From positions 46,433-75,624 of the forward strand of contig CAXIUT010000137.1 of assembly GCA_964035545.1 (NCBI GenBank): a DNA stretch of 29,192 bases, written 5' to 3'. The position numbers and the translations under genes are program-made. Below, in pieces: positions 12,423-23,992 of the stretch (position 1 is the first letter of the stretch; each line of letters opens with the position of its first letter). Below the pieces are notes generated by a model. It worked only from the letters and a program-made list of their open reading frames with translations. It did no database searches and was not told the origin of the DNA. The DNA is from Bugula neritina. Taxonomy: Eukaryota; Animalia; Bryozoa.

Positions 12423-13625
12423 TCAGAAATTCAAATGATCTTAATTTTCTGAAGATATGCTACTTGAATAGTGAGGTTCAGGTTGTTCAATCGAGAAAGG
12501 TCGTTCGACTGCATCACTATGCCAGGGAATAAACATAGGACTATGAACCTAGAACTCATTGAAGTTGTTCTATCTTTCCATCATAAACACGAAATCATGA
12601 TTTTCATCATACTCTTTAAAGTCTTCATCTTTCATAAGTAATTTATTAGCATCAGGAGAAACTATAATCTACTAAACTACTTTCATTTACATTTTATCGC
12701 CACTTTATTTCCTGATATTCTTCTCTTTTTCTTCATTTTCTTCTTTTTAAATGCTTCTAGCAGACTATTTATTTTGTTTTTATATTAATTTTCCTATCTT
12801 TTTGATCAATATATTTTCAAGTTCTGATTCTTTTTTTCCTGGATGTTTTTTTCCCTCATTAGAAATCAAAGATTTATACCTATTTTTGACCATATGCTCA
12901 GTTCTAGTGTTAAAAAGTTCTTTCATAGCTACTGACCATCGCTTTCCTCTTTTTTTAATGCAATTAAGTAAGACAATATCTTCTGAAGAACTCCATTAGG
13001 AATGAATTTTTGATGGATCAAGGTGATTCATCCAACGTTATCTGCATTGTTTAGGATTTCTAAAAAACTTTTTTTATGAGCGAATAAATAGCTATCTAGC
13101 GATAGAGTTCCATCTACTTTTATACTACTTCTAACTATTTGAGTTGAGAGTTACCTGATGATGGTTTGGAGAAGTTAGGTTTATTCTTCAGACCATGAGA
13201 TGGGTCTAGATGTGGGTTTGAGTAAAGATAGGCTTTGAAATTAGAAGAAAACTGTGCTTTTAAAGTTGAAGATAGGAGTGAAAAACTTCCAATCATCTTC
13301 ATTCTATAATAGAACATTAATTACAAGTTATTCAATTTCTTTATGAAAGATATAGAGATAACTTAATAATAGCCAGATGAATATTCTTAACTCATTCTCA
13401 TACCATGATTCCTCGTTAGAACTTTTACGGTTTAGGTAGAATCTACTTATAGTAAATTTACTTTTTCTCCATGGTTGTGTAAAGGTTGATAACTGTAGGG
13501 ATAGTTAGTTCGCAAAGCTTGTATATTTTTACTAAATAGTTTTTTTATATTCTAGGTATTTCAGTCAGGAAATCTCTATTTTATTCTATGAGAGATATGA
13601 GTCGTTTGAAGTTGGTGTTTTCCAT
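12423..13625 (-). CDS. Myb-repeat transcription factor, 3 tiny introns
   Basis: Motifs: ISWSEEETELL, SRWNSIARELF, RNPKQCRERWMNHLDP, EWSSSEDIVLL, GKRWS, RTEHMVKNRYKSL. Introns at 13443-13461, 13304-13324 and 13135-13154 give 381 codons. The gene may extend upstream to about 13720. Confidence 0.9.
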
Positions 13626-14071
13626 GTTATAACTTTATTAATGGAAAATGACTTTTGAAGGCTTTTTTGTTTTTTGTCAGCGGCCTTCGCTCTCCAACCT
13701 CTTTCACCTTCATCAACATTCACCAGTCGTTGCCTTATAAAGCTAACATCCAAAAGAAATCAACCTATTTATCAACCTTCAATTCCCCTCAAACATTTAA
13801 GTTAATCGAAATCATTTATACATAATTAATAGATATTATACAACTCATCACCTAAACCATTTTTATCCTATTTATCTCATCCTTTCTATTTATTGGTTAT
13901 ATTTTTTTATGACTTTTTAAATATTAAAATATTATGACTTTATTATGATTTCCTTTTAACAAGATAAACACACTTTTTTAATCAATAGTTATAAAGACTT
14001 TTGCTTAAATTATTTACTACTATTATCTTCTATTTTCTAAATATAAATTTATTTACTTTACTGTCATTAAA

Positions 14072-14407
14072 ATGTTCAATTGATTTTTATATGAAAAAAC
14101 TCGCACTGAATATTTGATTGTTCCATTTATTCTCAAACTATCTTATCTAGTTGCATAATATTCAAAAATAACAAGACGCATATCCTAGTCACTAATTCTA
14201 AAAACAATAAATCAGGAAGATCATATTCAACTATCTCTAGACTTATAAATCAAAACTAGGAGACAACTTATCTTTGTTCAAAATAAAATATTTAGATATG
14301 AATCAATAACTACCCATGTTCCTTTTCGACTTATGATTCAGGATAAATCAAAAGTATTTTATCAATAGTTTTATCAAAATGATCCTAATATGAGTTATAC
14401 AGAATGA
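14072..14407 (+). pseudogene. Possible small gene or pseudogene: about 107 open codons, but the in-frame ATG is followed by TGA at codon 4
   Basis: ATG TTC AAT TGA TTT TTA TAT GAA AAA ACT..., then open to TGA at 14405. An alternative start is ATG 14091 with a 1-nt A-run error. Confidence 0.3.
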
Positions 14408-14413
14408 TTATGA

Positions 14414-15156
14414 TCAATTTATGTCAATCTTATTACCAATAGCTTCCTTAACCATGCTTCTTTACTAAGCCATCATCGTTTTGAGTTGACTCTCCATTTC
14501 TTAGGTCTTTTTTATCTCAGTTAAAAGTTCAAGTTATGATTTCTCTAAAGTCATCAACTTTTCCATCTTTTTCTCCTCTAAAGATAAATTTCTAGACATT
14601 TAATGTTCTCTCATTTGTCTGAAATCATCCATTTTATTTCTCCAAAAACGATCAACATTCTCCCGACATTAAATCTCAATCAATCTGACTTTATTTCTTT
14701 TATTCATTTTAACATTTAATTCCTGTTTAATTTACTCTTTTACTCTTAACTAATTAAGTTCTCTTTGCTTTTTAATTTATCTAAAAAGTTGATTTTTAGA
14801 ATCTCTTATTTGTGAACTTCTAGTTCTAATATTAGCTGCTCTGTTCATTCTTATTTATTTGAACACTCTGCTATTACTACCAGCTTCATTCTCGATATCT
14901 TTTTAGCGTCCTTAGATCTAGATAATAGGTAAAGTACTGATTGTTTAAGTTTATATCGATCCATTTTGATTTACATAAGTTTTTTATGTGTTTATAGTTT
15001 GTTTTCAATGTTTTTTATTTTAGCTTGTTTTTATAGTTCAAGAATAACTAGTCTATTTTCTAGTTGTCGACAGTTTCTTTGATTTTTAAGAGCCTACTGC
15101 TTGAGTCTCCAGCCAGATGTATTCATAGATAGCTCGCTGTTCTCTCTTTCTTCCAT
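14414..15156 (-). CDS. Coiled-coil hypothetical protein, 1 intron
   Basis: MEERENSELSMNTSGWRLKQEALKNQRNCRQLENRLVIL... A 20-nt intron at 14918-14937 gives 241 codons. Confidence 0.75.
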
Positions 15157-15358
15157 AAGTATATTCTATAACTATAGAAAATATATTTATTAGAACAAAT
15201 TATAAAACCATATCCTTCATATAAATTATCTGAACAACATCATCAGAATATCATTACATAAATATAAAAACAACTATTCATCTTTTTTGAAATATAAATA
15301 ACAAGAAGAAGATTAGATTTCTTAATTTCCTGATAGATAATATAAAGATATAGCAGTC

Positions 15359-16720
15359 ATGTAACTTGATTAAAAAACTCTATAGTAAATATAGGAATTA
15401 AGAAGTTATACTCAAGGACTGGGTGTTGTCAAATTTATCAATCATAACTAAATGTCTTCTTACAACCTTACGTTCTATCCATACACTTCATCTAAATAAT
15501 ATTATTAGTATCTTGGTAACTTGTAAATTTTATGGCAAAAACTTTTCTTAAATATATCTAAAGATCATGAATTCATTGAATCTATTTTCAAAAAATTGAG
15601 AACGAGAGATTAGATGACAGACCGATTAATGCAAATCTTCTAAAAATCAAAAAACAAAAAAAAAGATGGAATAGTCTTTGCCAGATGCGACTACTTCAGA
15701 GATCTAACAGGACAACCAAAATTAGTATAGTATAATACTTTTTGTATAGGCATGCAATCGCATCAACAGCAATTCCAGTAAGCTAAAAAGCTATCAGATT
15801 TAGATCATATCAATGAATATGCCCCATGTCCTAATATAGACCACTTTTCCTAGGCAGTTAGACAATTCTATTAGAAGAAATCGCTAAAAGGTTTGTTTTT
15901 ATTGGTTGGTAACAAAGAGGCATAAGCAAATGTGTTTTGTCAGATGAAGTTGGTGATAGAATTGAACAAAAAGGGGATAAAAGCAAGAAGAGTCAACATG
16001 AACTAGATTTATTCTAAATTTAAAAAAGATGAGAATAATAATATTTATTATGGATAATAATACATATCGATAGTATACTACAGGATAGGTATTAGATATA
16101 AAGATTATGAAATCGATGAGGATACTAATAAGGGATGGAAGCTAAAAGAATAAATATAGCTGAGTACAGCCTATTGCATTCCTCCAGTTGGTATATAATT
16201 AGTAAATTAAAAACGAATACAGACTTAATTGACAAAACCTGAAGTTCTTAGAAAATTTATATCAGAATCATAGGCATTATAGCTAGAAAAAACATTTGCC
16301 AGGCAGTGGTAATTTGATAGTATCAGCTAATCTTAATATCAAATACTAGTAAAAATGGTATAAAAGAATCCGAATTAGTATATTTTGAAGTTAAATATGG
16401 ATGGAGGCGGGAACAACCTTTTTGGTTAGTAGATGGTACAAAAAATGAAGAATAGTACTAAAGAATAAAACCAGATTTACATATTAATGTAGAAAATACA
16501 TACTGAGGATAGTAGTAATTTATTTATAAGTGGAAATTCTCTTAAATAGGTTAGCTGTCATTATGAGGTATCAAGATTTGGTGTATTTAGTTGGCTTGAT
16601 AACTAGATGTTGACTAATCGATCTTCAGGATTTCTTATTAAAGTCAAACCGGCTTAGGCTAACTAAGGAGGCATTATGATTGGAGTTGGAGCAATTGCTG
16701 CTTGGAAATTTAAGTAATGA
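15359..16720 (+). CDS. GSS: Eukaryotic-type glutathione synthetase (ATP-grasp), divergent
   Basis: 454 codons, intronless. Motifs: ARCDYF, KLVEYNT (cf. KQIEINT), VYYRIG, IELSTAYCIP, KRIQTEL, ILKLNMDGGGNNLFGEEMVQ, YILMEKI, ANEGGIMIG. Confidence 0.9.
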
Positions 16721-16765
16721 TCAAATAAAGTTAAAATTATCATTATTTATTGTTATTTAATATGT

Positions 16766-18585
16766 TCATATTGACTATTTTTGAATAGTATCTTCGTGGT
16801 GTTCTATTTTGCTGATATTTCGTCCTATTTTTATATATTTTTTATACGATTATTTACTATTTTAGAAATCGAATTGAGATTTGACTTTATTTCTACTATT
16901 AGAGCTATTATAGCTATTTTTTAATTTTATATTTCTGTTTTTGCCATAAACGAAATCAAGCCATGATCTCACCTCCTTGTAATAATTTCTTTTGGATTTA
17001 GATTTACTCTTAGAAGAATATTCTATCTAATCAACCTAAGGAGATGGCTACTAACCAACTGTTAGCTGTCTGATATTTTTTGATTATTTTGATGTTATTA
17101 GTTATGGAATTTATCTATATTTTATATACTTTTTTATTTTGGTTATGCTGTTTATACTTGAACTATCTTTTAATTTATGAGATTTTATTCTTACTTTTTA
17201 TAGACTTGGTAATCTATATAACTTGCTTGTTTCATTTACTAAGTCTTATAGCTATATTTTAGGATGTATTTCGCATTATTCAGTGAGTAGATGATTTCTT
17301 AGTATTTTTCTTTCGATGGAATTGGCGGTATCACAATGATAAGATTTTGTTTTTATTTTAAATTTTTAAGGAAATATATTGTCTTCATGCTGTTCTATTA
17401 CCAATTTCATTTATTATGTATCTTTTTTATTCATTTTCTTCTATATCTCAAAAATAACATTCATAACTTGCTTATTCTAAATATACTGCTTCAAATAATA
17501 AAAATCACCCTCTTCTACTACTTCCCGCATAACCTTTATCCCTGAATACAAAAACTAAGAAGTGGGAACCAGACACAAATACTAATCTTTTAGACTTTGA
17601 TACTAGCCTACATCTAAAATCAGATGGATATGATATTTTCTATTTTTATTGAAACATTCAGATAAATATTTGAAGACTTTGCTATCATGAATATCCAATA
17701 ATTTATAATTAGAGTTATGTATATTTTTAAGTACCATTCCTAACTTCAATAATAGAACTGATGTTGTTCTAATATACTGGTTTATTCTTAATATATAATG
17801 GCTTTTTAGAATTTTAGTTGGATTGCCTTCGCTGTCCACCTCAGCCTAGCATAATTGGTATATCTAGCCCATTAAATAGTACTATCTTTGCTATGAACTC
17901 TAGACCCATCGCTAGACATAACTTCTTACCTACTCGTATCGACATAGTATCTACTGCAGCAGTTGCTATGATTATATTACATGTCGACTGATGTTTTATT
18001 GTTTGTAGATATGACCTTCTCGAGAAAGTTATATTTTTAACTTAGAATTGATTATTGATTTTATTGGATATTATTCATTCACTTTTTGACCATTTTGCAG
18101 CCATCCGAAGTATAACTCATCAGTCAACATATTTTCGTTTTATATTCCAATTATAGACAAAAATATCTTATTGCCTTCCTTTTTATGTTAATCTAGTTGT
18201 CTATAAACCATTTTCAACATAGAATTCTGCCCATCTTGTCCGATAATAGCCTGACTAGCTCTTTCAGGATGATTACACATAAACACAGCCAAAGTCTAAT
18301 CATGTTCAGGATACATTTGTCCAACTACCTCCATCATCTACCTTGATAATCTAGTACCTCTTTGGTCTATTCACTCGAAACAACCCTCGAACACTTCCGC
18401 TGCACGTATTCGGTTGAATTGAACATTACGAATATATTTTGATTGTGTGGGTGACGATGTAGCTAGTATTCCCGTTGGTTGGTGTTGTTTAATATGGCTA
18501 TAGATGTTATTGGGTTTTTTGAGGGTTTGGGGTGTATTTTGGGAAGAAGGCCTCTGTTTCGAGATAGTCTGTATTTATTTTGCAT
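16766..18585 (-). CDS. Large hypothetical protein with a degenerate kinesin-motor-like region, 1 intron
   Basis: A 20-nt intron at 18338-18357 gives 600 codons. IFLSIIGIENENMLTDEL and LLKLGMVLKNI...IHDSKVFKYLSECF echo the kinesin motifs SYLEIYNE.I.DLL and LG.VI..L...RDSKLT.LL. No P-loop is visible. The CDS is solid; the family call is tentative. Confidence 0.65.
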
Positions 18586-18634
18586 TATTATTAATATTTA
18601 TATGGCTATTGTAGAATTGAAAATAAGAAGATTA

Positions 18635-19177
18635 TCAAGCATGCTGATCTACTGCCTTCTACAAATCATTGAATTTTAACATCCAGCGACTCTCAACCTA
18701 CATCAACCTTCTCTACAACTACAACTACATCTCTCTCTTGGTATTCTACACCTGTCCCTACAATCTCAACAACTTCTGCTCTACTCTCGACTGCCACCCT
18801 ATCCACACCTCTTCGTCCTCCTAACGATTCCCCTTAACCATAGGGAGCACCTTATCCTGCAACTATTTCACTTTTCTAAGAGCACTTTCCTGTCTTTTCC
18901 TTTCTTATTCTTTGCGACTGTTAAGAATGGATCTAACTCGACTATCTTCTTCTGCATTTCCATCGTAGTTGGCCTCTCCTCCATTTTTGTTGGTGTAGTA
19001 AGAAGGGACTCTTTGAGATCGTTTTTCTGATGAGAGGCTAATTTAATGTGGAATGTAGCTTTTCCAATGTCCAGGAGTATAGGAACTAACTTTACTGAGT
19101 TCAGGTTGACGAGTAGCTGAATCCTAGCGATCGATCTTTTGTTGCCTTGTATGGAATTTATAGGGTTCGTGGCGCAT
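18635..19177 (-). CDS. Hypothetical protein with a C-terminal coiled coil
   Basis: 181-codon ATG-to-TGA frame (MRHEPYKFHTRQQKIDRE...RWMLKFNDLEKAVDQHA). Confidence 0.72.
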
Positions 19178-19208
19178 CAATCAATCAAATCAAATATAAC
19201 AACTATGA

Positions 19209-21308
19209 TCATTTGACTTACATATGACCTTGTTCTATCATAGAGCTATTCAGGGGTTGGGGTTGGGGTTGGGGTTGGGGTTGGGGTTGGGGTTGGGGTT
19301 GGGGTTGGGGTTGGGGGTTGGAAACTTTCTTTCATCTTCTTGTACTAACTTTTGTATTTCTAGTTCATTTTGGTCAATCTTTCATTTTCGTTCATCAAAA
19401 ATGTATTCTGCTATTTTAGGATCTAACTCTGCTGGTAGTTATATTCATCCATCTACATTGATAAATGCTGGCTTCTGTTCATCACATCTGAACTCTTACG
19501 ATTCGATTCCAATTCATCCTATAACTTATTCACTATCTTCTCATATTTTCCTTTGGTCTTCTCGTGCTACTCTTTTTATTTTCTTAACTCAGAAGCCAAC
19601 TCCTCAGCCTTCTCCTTCCACGAATCTTTTTACCTTTCCATGGAAACAAAAGCACTCTTTAGTCTAGTTATCTAATTACCCTTTGCTTACTTAAATTCAG
19701 GGTTAATCTGTTCCCCTTGAGCGCTATCTTTACTCGATTGCTTGAGTTGAAGATACTTCTCTTTTAACTTGGCATAATCCTATTTTATTTTAGCGTATTT
19801 AATTTCAATAGTAGCTTTCTCATCTATTACTTTGCTTGTAGATATATCTAGAGCAGAAGTGTTATTTCTCGACATACTTAAATTCAATTCATTTGATCTG
19901 TTCATCTGCTAAAGCTAGCCTTCCAACCGTTCGATTTTCATCCTTGATCTCTCTAACTTCTCTTAAAGCTTTTTGTTGTCCTTATTTACTTTATTCACTT
20001 CAATGGTTGGAATCAACATTTATTCTTATCCAGATAAATCACCTAATACTTTTTCATATTCAGGTTTATGTGTCAGCAATTCTGCAAAAGGTTCTTTCTT
20101 TTTGCCAAAAGCATTAGTCTAGTTAAACTAAATTCTTCCTTCTTATTATTTTAACTGGTTAATTATCGTATCTTTTACTTCTCCTTGATCCAACTTTTAT
20201 CTGATATATTATTTCAATCTAATGTTTTAATCTTATATCTTTTGATACTTATGATTGATAGCCTGATCTTTCTTATTCTAAAAATCAATAAAACTCTCTT
20301 AAAACTATTCTTTTGTTTTGAATTTACCTTCAATAAGTTTAGTATATGAACTGATGATATCTTATATCTAATTTTACAATTTCAAAGTCTACTACATATA
20401 CACCTTCTTCTCCTCTTTAGTTTTTTTATTCTAATTAAACAACCTCAACAAATCTTTTCTCAAAGATTATATCTAAAACATATAACTGATATTTCCTTTA
20501 TCGAATTACATCTTTTCTATCTTATTGATTGCAGATGAATTTTTTAACTACTTCTTTGCTACTAAACCTTTCATAACAAATAAAAATTCATCTTTATATC
20601 GTCTGTTGATAAATTTCAGATCTACTGATAGCTAGCGACTGTTCTTTTATTCTCTACTCATTGAAAAATCACTCCATAAATCTGATAAAAATTTTATTGT
20701 CTAATTTTCATATTTTTGAGGAAATACTATTGTTATATTTGTCATATCTTTTGATTTGGTATCAATGAGAGGTTATCCCATGCAATAGTAGAATCTAAAA
20801 TGAGCACTAGACGTGCAATGAGCGATCCTCATGTAATCATCGGCAATGGTCAACGTGCACTGTTTCGTTCGGTTATCATGACCAAGATCAACCTGAAATT
20901 TAGCCTAGCTAGTAGACAATGCACTTTATATTGTTTGTTTTAGGAGGACGTCGATTTATACTGGACCGAATTTGAGCAAAGCAGTTCCAGGGTATTGTTG
21001 GTCGATACTCTACATAATCAAACCGTTACTGTAATTTAAGCTTGTATTACTGAGGCTACATCTGAAGGTTAGCACATAAAAGTATTTCCTTTGAATTAGG
21101 TTGCTTAGGAAAGAATTCCATTTTTTATTCTAGACCATTTGTATACACAGGGTACTATTGCTTATTAATCTCTTGATGTGAAGGTATTGAGGTAGAGTCG
21201 AGTTGATGAATCGATATGATCTGGAGTACTTTTGACAAAGAATTTATAGTTTTAAAACTTGTCTGAGATTTTACCTGCTTGTTTCGAGATCCAATCTACC
21301 ACCTGCAT
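19209..21308 (-). CDS. Large protein with an N-terminal beta-rich (AIR9/Ig-like) region and a long coiled coil; interrupted near its 3' end by telomeric tract 2
   Basis: Continuous frame from ATG 21308 (PCVYKWSRIKNG...FMCEPSDVASVIQAEIT) across a 20-nt intron at 21010-21029 to ...YKKMKES at about 19324. The 3' end depends on how the tract is treated: TGA at 19211-19209 (preferred) or at 19179-19177. Confidence 0.78.
19253..19321 (+). repeat. Interstitial telomeric tract 2, (GGGGTT)10+GGGGGTTGG
   Basis: 69 bp with one 5-G variant unit. It lies inside a minus-strand CDS. Confidence 0.97.
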
Positions 21309-21484
21309 CAGTATAATAAAAATATATGTTAATTATATGCTTTACTGAATCAATCAGATCCAATTTAAAACTACAATATCAACCATAATTATACTTGTTT
21401 ATTCGTTTGATTTATCTATTTATTTAAAATATCTAAAAATAATTTTGAATAGTTAGTTTTTCTTTCTTGATAATTTATTTAATA

Positions 21485-22915
21485 ATGAACCTTTCAAGAA
21501 AATAGCACAGACCAAATTTATTCATCTAGATCCAAGATTACTAAAACCAATCAAATAACGACTCCCCATTTAAAAACGAAGTAGCCTTGAAGCCATCTCG
21601 TTCAGCCAAAAACAATCACTAGATAAATAAATTTATATTTGAATAAAAGGGATAAGTGGTAGCGGGTGGACAGCTGCGCAAGTTGATGCATTTATAAGAA
21701 TAGAAGATGAATTTGATGTAATCTTTGTAGATTTTGAAGGCGAGTGCGGTATCAGCGATAAATGAGAAAGAAGAAGAGATAGGTAAATTAAAATAGCAAC
21801 GTTCGGAGGAATAGAATATTTAGGAATATTATTAGTAAGAAATAGAGAAAGGAGCTATCATCAGGACGGAGTTGTAGTAGTAGAGGAAGCAATTGAATGA
21901 GTAGATTTGTCAAGAGAGGTAGAAGTTTATATCGTAGTTATAAGAAAAATAATAAATTATTTAATCTTTGTGTCAATAAATACATACGATTAGAAGAGAT
22001 CTTGATTGTTTGGAGTAGAATAATTATGCTAAAGGTATTAAAATTAAATTGTTGCTTTAGGAAAATAGTAAATTGTCTGAACAGTTAGAGGAATCAAGTG
22101 TATCAAGTATTTATAGATAAAAATAAAAATAAAAAGCTGATGTTTCTATTGATCTAGATTAAACTATCAAACCTCTATCTGTTGTGTCAGCACCAGTCAA
22201 TCATAGCTATATTTGCTTAAGCGATTCAGGACATTTCTTTTAATCTGAAGCTGATAAGTCTTTTATGCTTTAAAAACTTGAAGAAAGAGAAAAAGTGCAT
22301 CTTGAATAACTCCAGGATCTTAAAAGTTTTTATTAAAAAAGGATAGCAGGTATCAGATAAATTTACTAAAAATAAATGCATCTCACTACTTAGTAAAGTT
22401 ATAGGTAGAAATCACAAAAACAGTCAGTTTTATCTACACCAGCAATGGTAAAAAGTCCAAGCAAAAAACAATTTGACTCCAATATGCACTTAAATCTAAG
22501 AGACATGTATTCAATAGAATAAAATGTATAAAATTAGCTCTAAACCAGTCGAACTAACATGATGAACCTCAAACACTAGATAACAATGCAAAATTTAAGT
22601 GAATGCCCAAGTTTTTAGCCAAGAAGATACCTCAACTAGGACGCATAGAGTCAATTTACAACTAAATATTTTGATGTTCAGAATCGTTTTATGTTAAAAA
22701 GAAACAAAAGCACTGATACTTTTACTTCAACTAATCAGCTGGATACTAAAACTATCACTAGAATTCCACTCAAGAATGAGAGTAAAAGGGAAGAGCAAGA
22801 AGAGAAAGAGAAAGGATTTGGTTCATTTGCTAAGAAGTCAGGCATATTTTTAGCTGGAATAATATCAGGAGTTACCATCACATCGTTGTTTAGTTCTTTT
22901 ATCAAAAGAAATTGA
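21485..22915 (+). CDS. Coiled-coil protein with a C-terminal tail-anchor transmembrane helix
   Basis: 477-codon frame with E/K-rich heptads, ending KKSGIFLAGIISGVTITSLFSSFIKRN*. Confidence 0.8.
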
Positions 22916-23092
22916 TATGTTTATTTTAATAGCTTTACTCATAAATATAATTGAATAATCTAGAATAATCTAGAATAATATATAATTAGATAGTATTTGA
23001 TTTATCTTTTAAAAATAATTAATTAAACAACTGATATTCAAATTATAAATTATATTTTTAAATAAGTTAAAATATCATTTAAATATCATTTC

Positions 23093-23972
23093 ATGTCTGT
23101 CATTTAATTTTAGGGGTTGGGGTTGGGGTTGGGGTTGGGGTTGGGGTTGGGGTTGGGGTTGGGGTTGGGGTTGGGGTTGGGGTTGGGGTTGGGGGGAACT
23201 TAAATCAAGGTAGTATTATACAGGATTTATCAAAAGAATCGATAATAGTATTAATAAATCTGTTATTCCTTTCTTCTTTTGTTAAAAAATAGCTATGAAT
23301 TAAAAATTCAATCCATCTAAATATTTTGCTGCATTTGCATATTCAGAAATATCAAAATAAAAAAATATGGGGTTGGGGTTGGGGTTGGGGTTGGGGTTGG
23401 GGTTGGGGTTGGGGTTGGGGTTGGGGTTGGGGTTGGGGTGTTAAACTAGTTTTGTTGAACTTGATTTCTTTAAAAGACTTTCACGCAGTGAAGTTTCTTT
23501 AAGAAAAACTCTAAATCCCTTCATCCAATTTTACCTAGAACAAAACGTTAATAATTTCTCTAATTTAGATTAGGCAATGAAATTTATCGCAGAGTAACTT
23601 CCCTCACTCTCAATCCCCAAACACTTCTCCAAAATACCCTATATCAGAGAATAACATATAAAATATTCTCTTTTGCTGTTCGGAACAGTAGAAAATCAAT
23701 TGATCCATTTGACAGAATAAGACAAAACTAAAATAGAGGAATTGAGTGCCATCCTGAAGCCATACTAAGAATCCCATGCGAAATATGATATTTTTGATTC
23801 TAGTTAAAAGTTTCATAATATTGTTTATAAAAAATTTGATGATAACTTGCAACTACCAGCCTAAGACGACGTCAAAATCAGATATTTGAAGGCTATGAGG
23901 GAGAGATCAATCAATGAGAATAGATGTCGATTGACGCAATAAAAAAGAGAGAGTTTCTAACGATAAGAATGA
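23093..23972 (+). CDS. Hypothetical protein interrupted by telomeric tracts 3 and 4; start uncertain (ATG 23093 or 23295)
   Basis: One frame runs ELKSREYYTGFIKRIDNS...FAAFAYSEISKEKN, through tract 4, then ETSFVELDFFKRL... to TGA at 23970-23972. ATG 23093 (MSVIEFE) joins this frame if tract 3 plus 1 nt is removed. Confidence 0.65.
23113..23196 (+). repeat. Interstitial telomeric tract 3, (GGGGTT)13+GGGGGG
   Basis: 84-bp perfect repeat ending in 6 G. Confidence 0.97.
23369..23440 (+). repeat. Interstitial telomeric tract 4, (GGGGTT)11+GGGGTG
   Basis: 72 bp, in frame within a plus-strand ORF, 172 bp downstream of tract 3. Confidence 0.97.
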
Positions 23973-23992
23973 TCAATTTATATCTATATTAT

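Noticed and set aside
19246-19325. Tract 2 removed as a GT..AG intron on the minus strand
   Set aside because: Formally possible (GTTTCC...GAATAG), but the donor is GTT and the length is 80 nt, unlike the 19-22 nt GTA..TAG introns seen everywhere else.
19224-19667. 147-aa plus-strand ORF with poly-GL
   Set aside because: It is the telomere tract plus the antisense of the coiled-coil gene on the minus strand.
22954-23091. Short tandem duplications (GAATAATCTA x2, AAATATCATTT x2) upstream of tract 3
   Set aside because: These are low-complexity AT-rich slippage repeats with no counterpart near the other tracts.
23113-23440. Tracts 3 and 4 as the ends of a telomere-bearing transposon (TBE/Tel-1-like) or as a CRISPR-like array
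   Set aside because: The tracts are direct rather than inverted, and the 172 bp between them continues the host reading frame. No transposase is present, and the repeats are simple hexamers.
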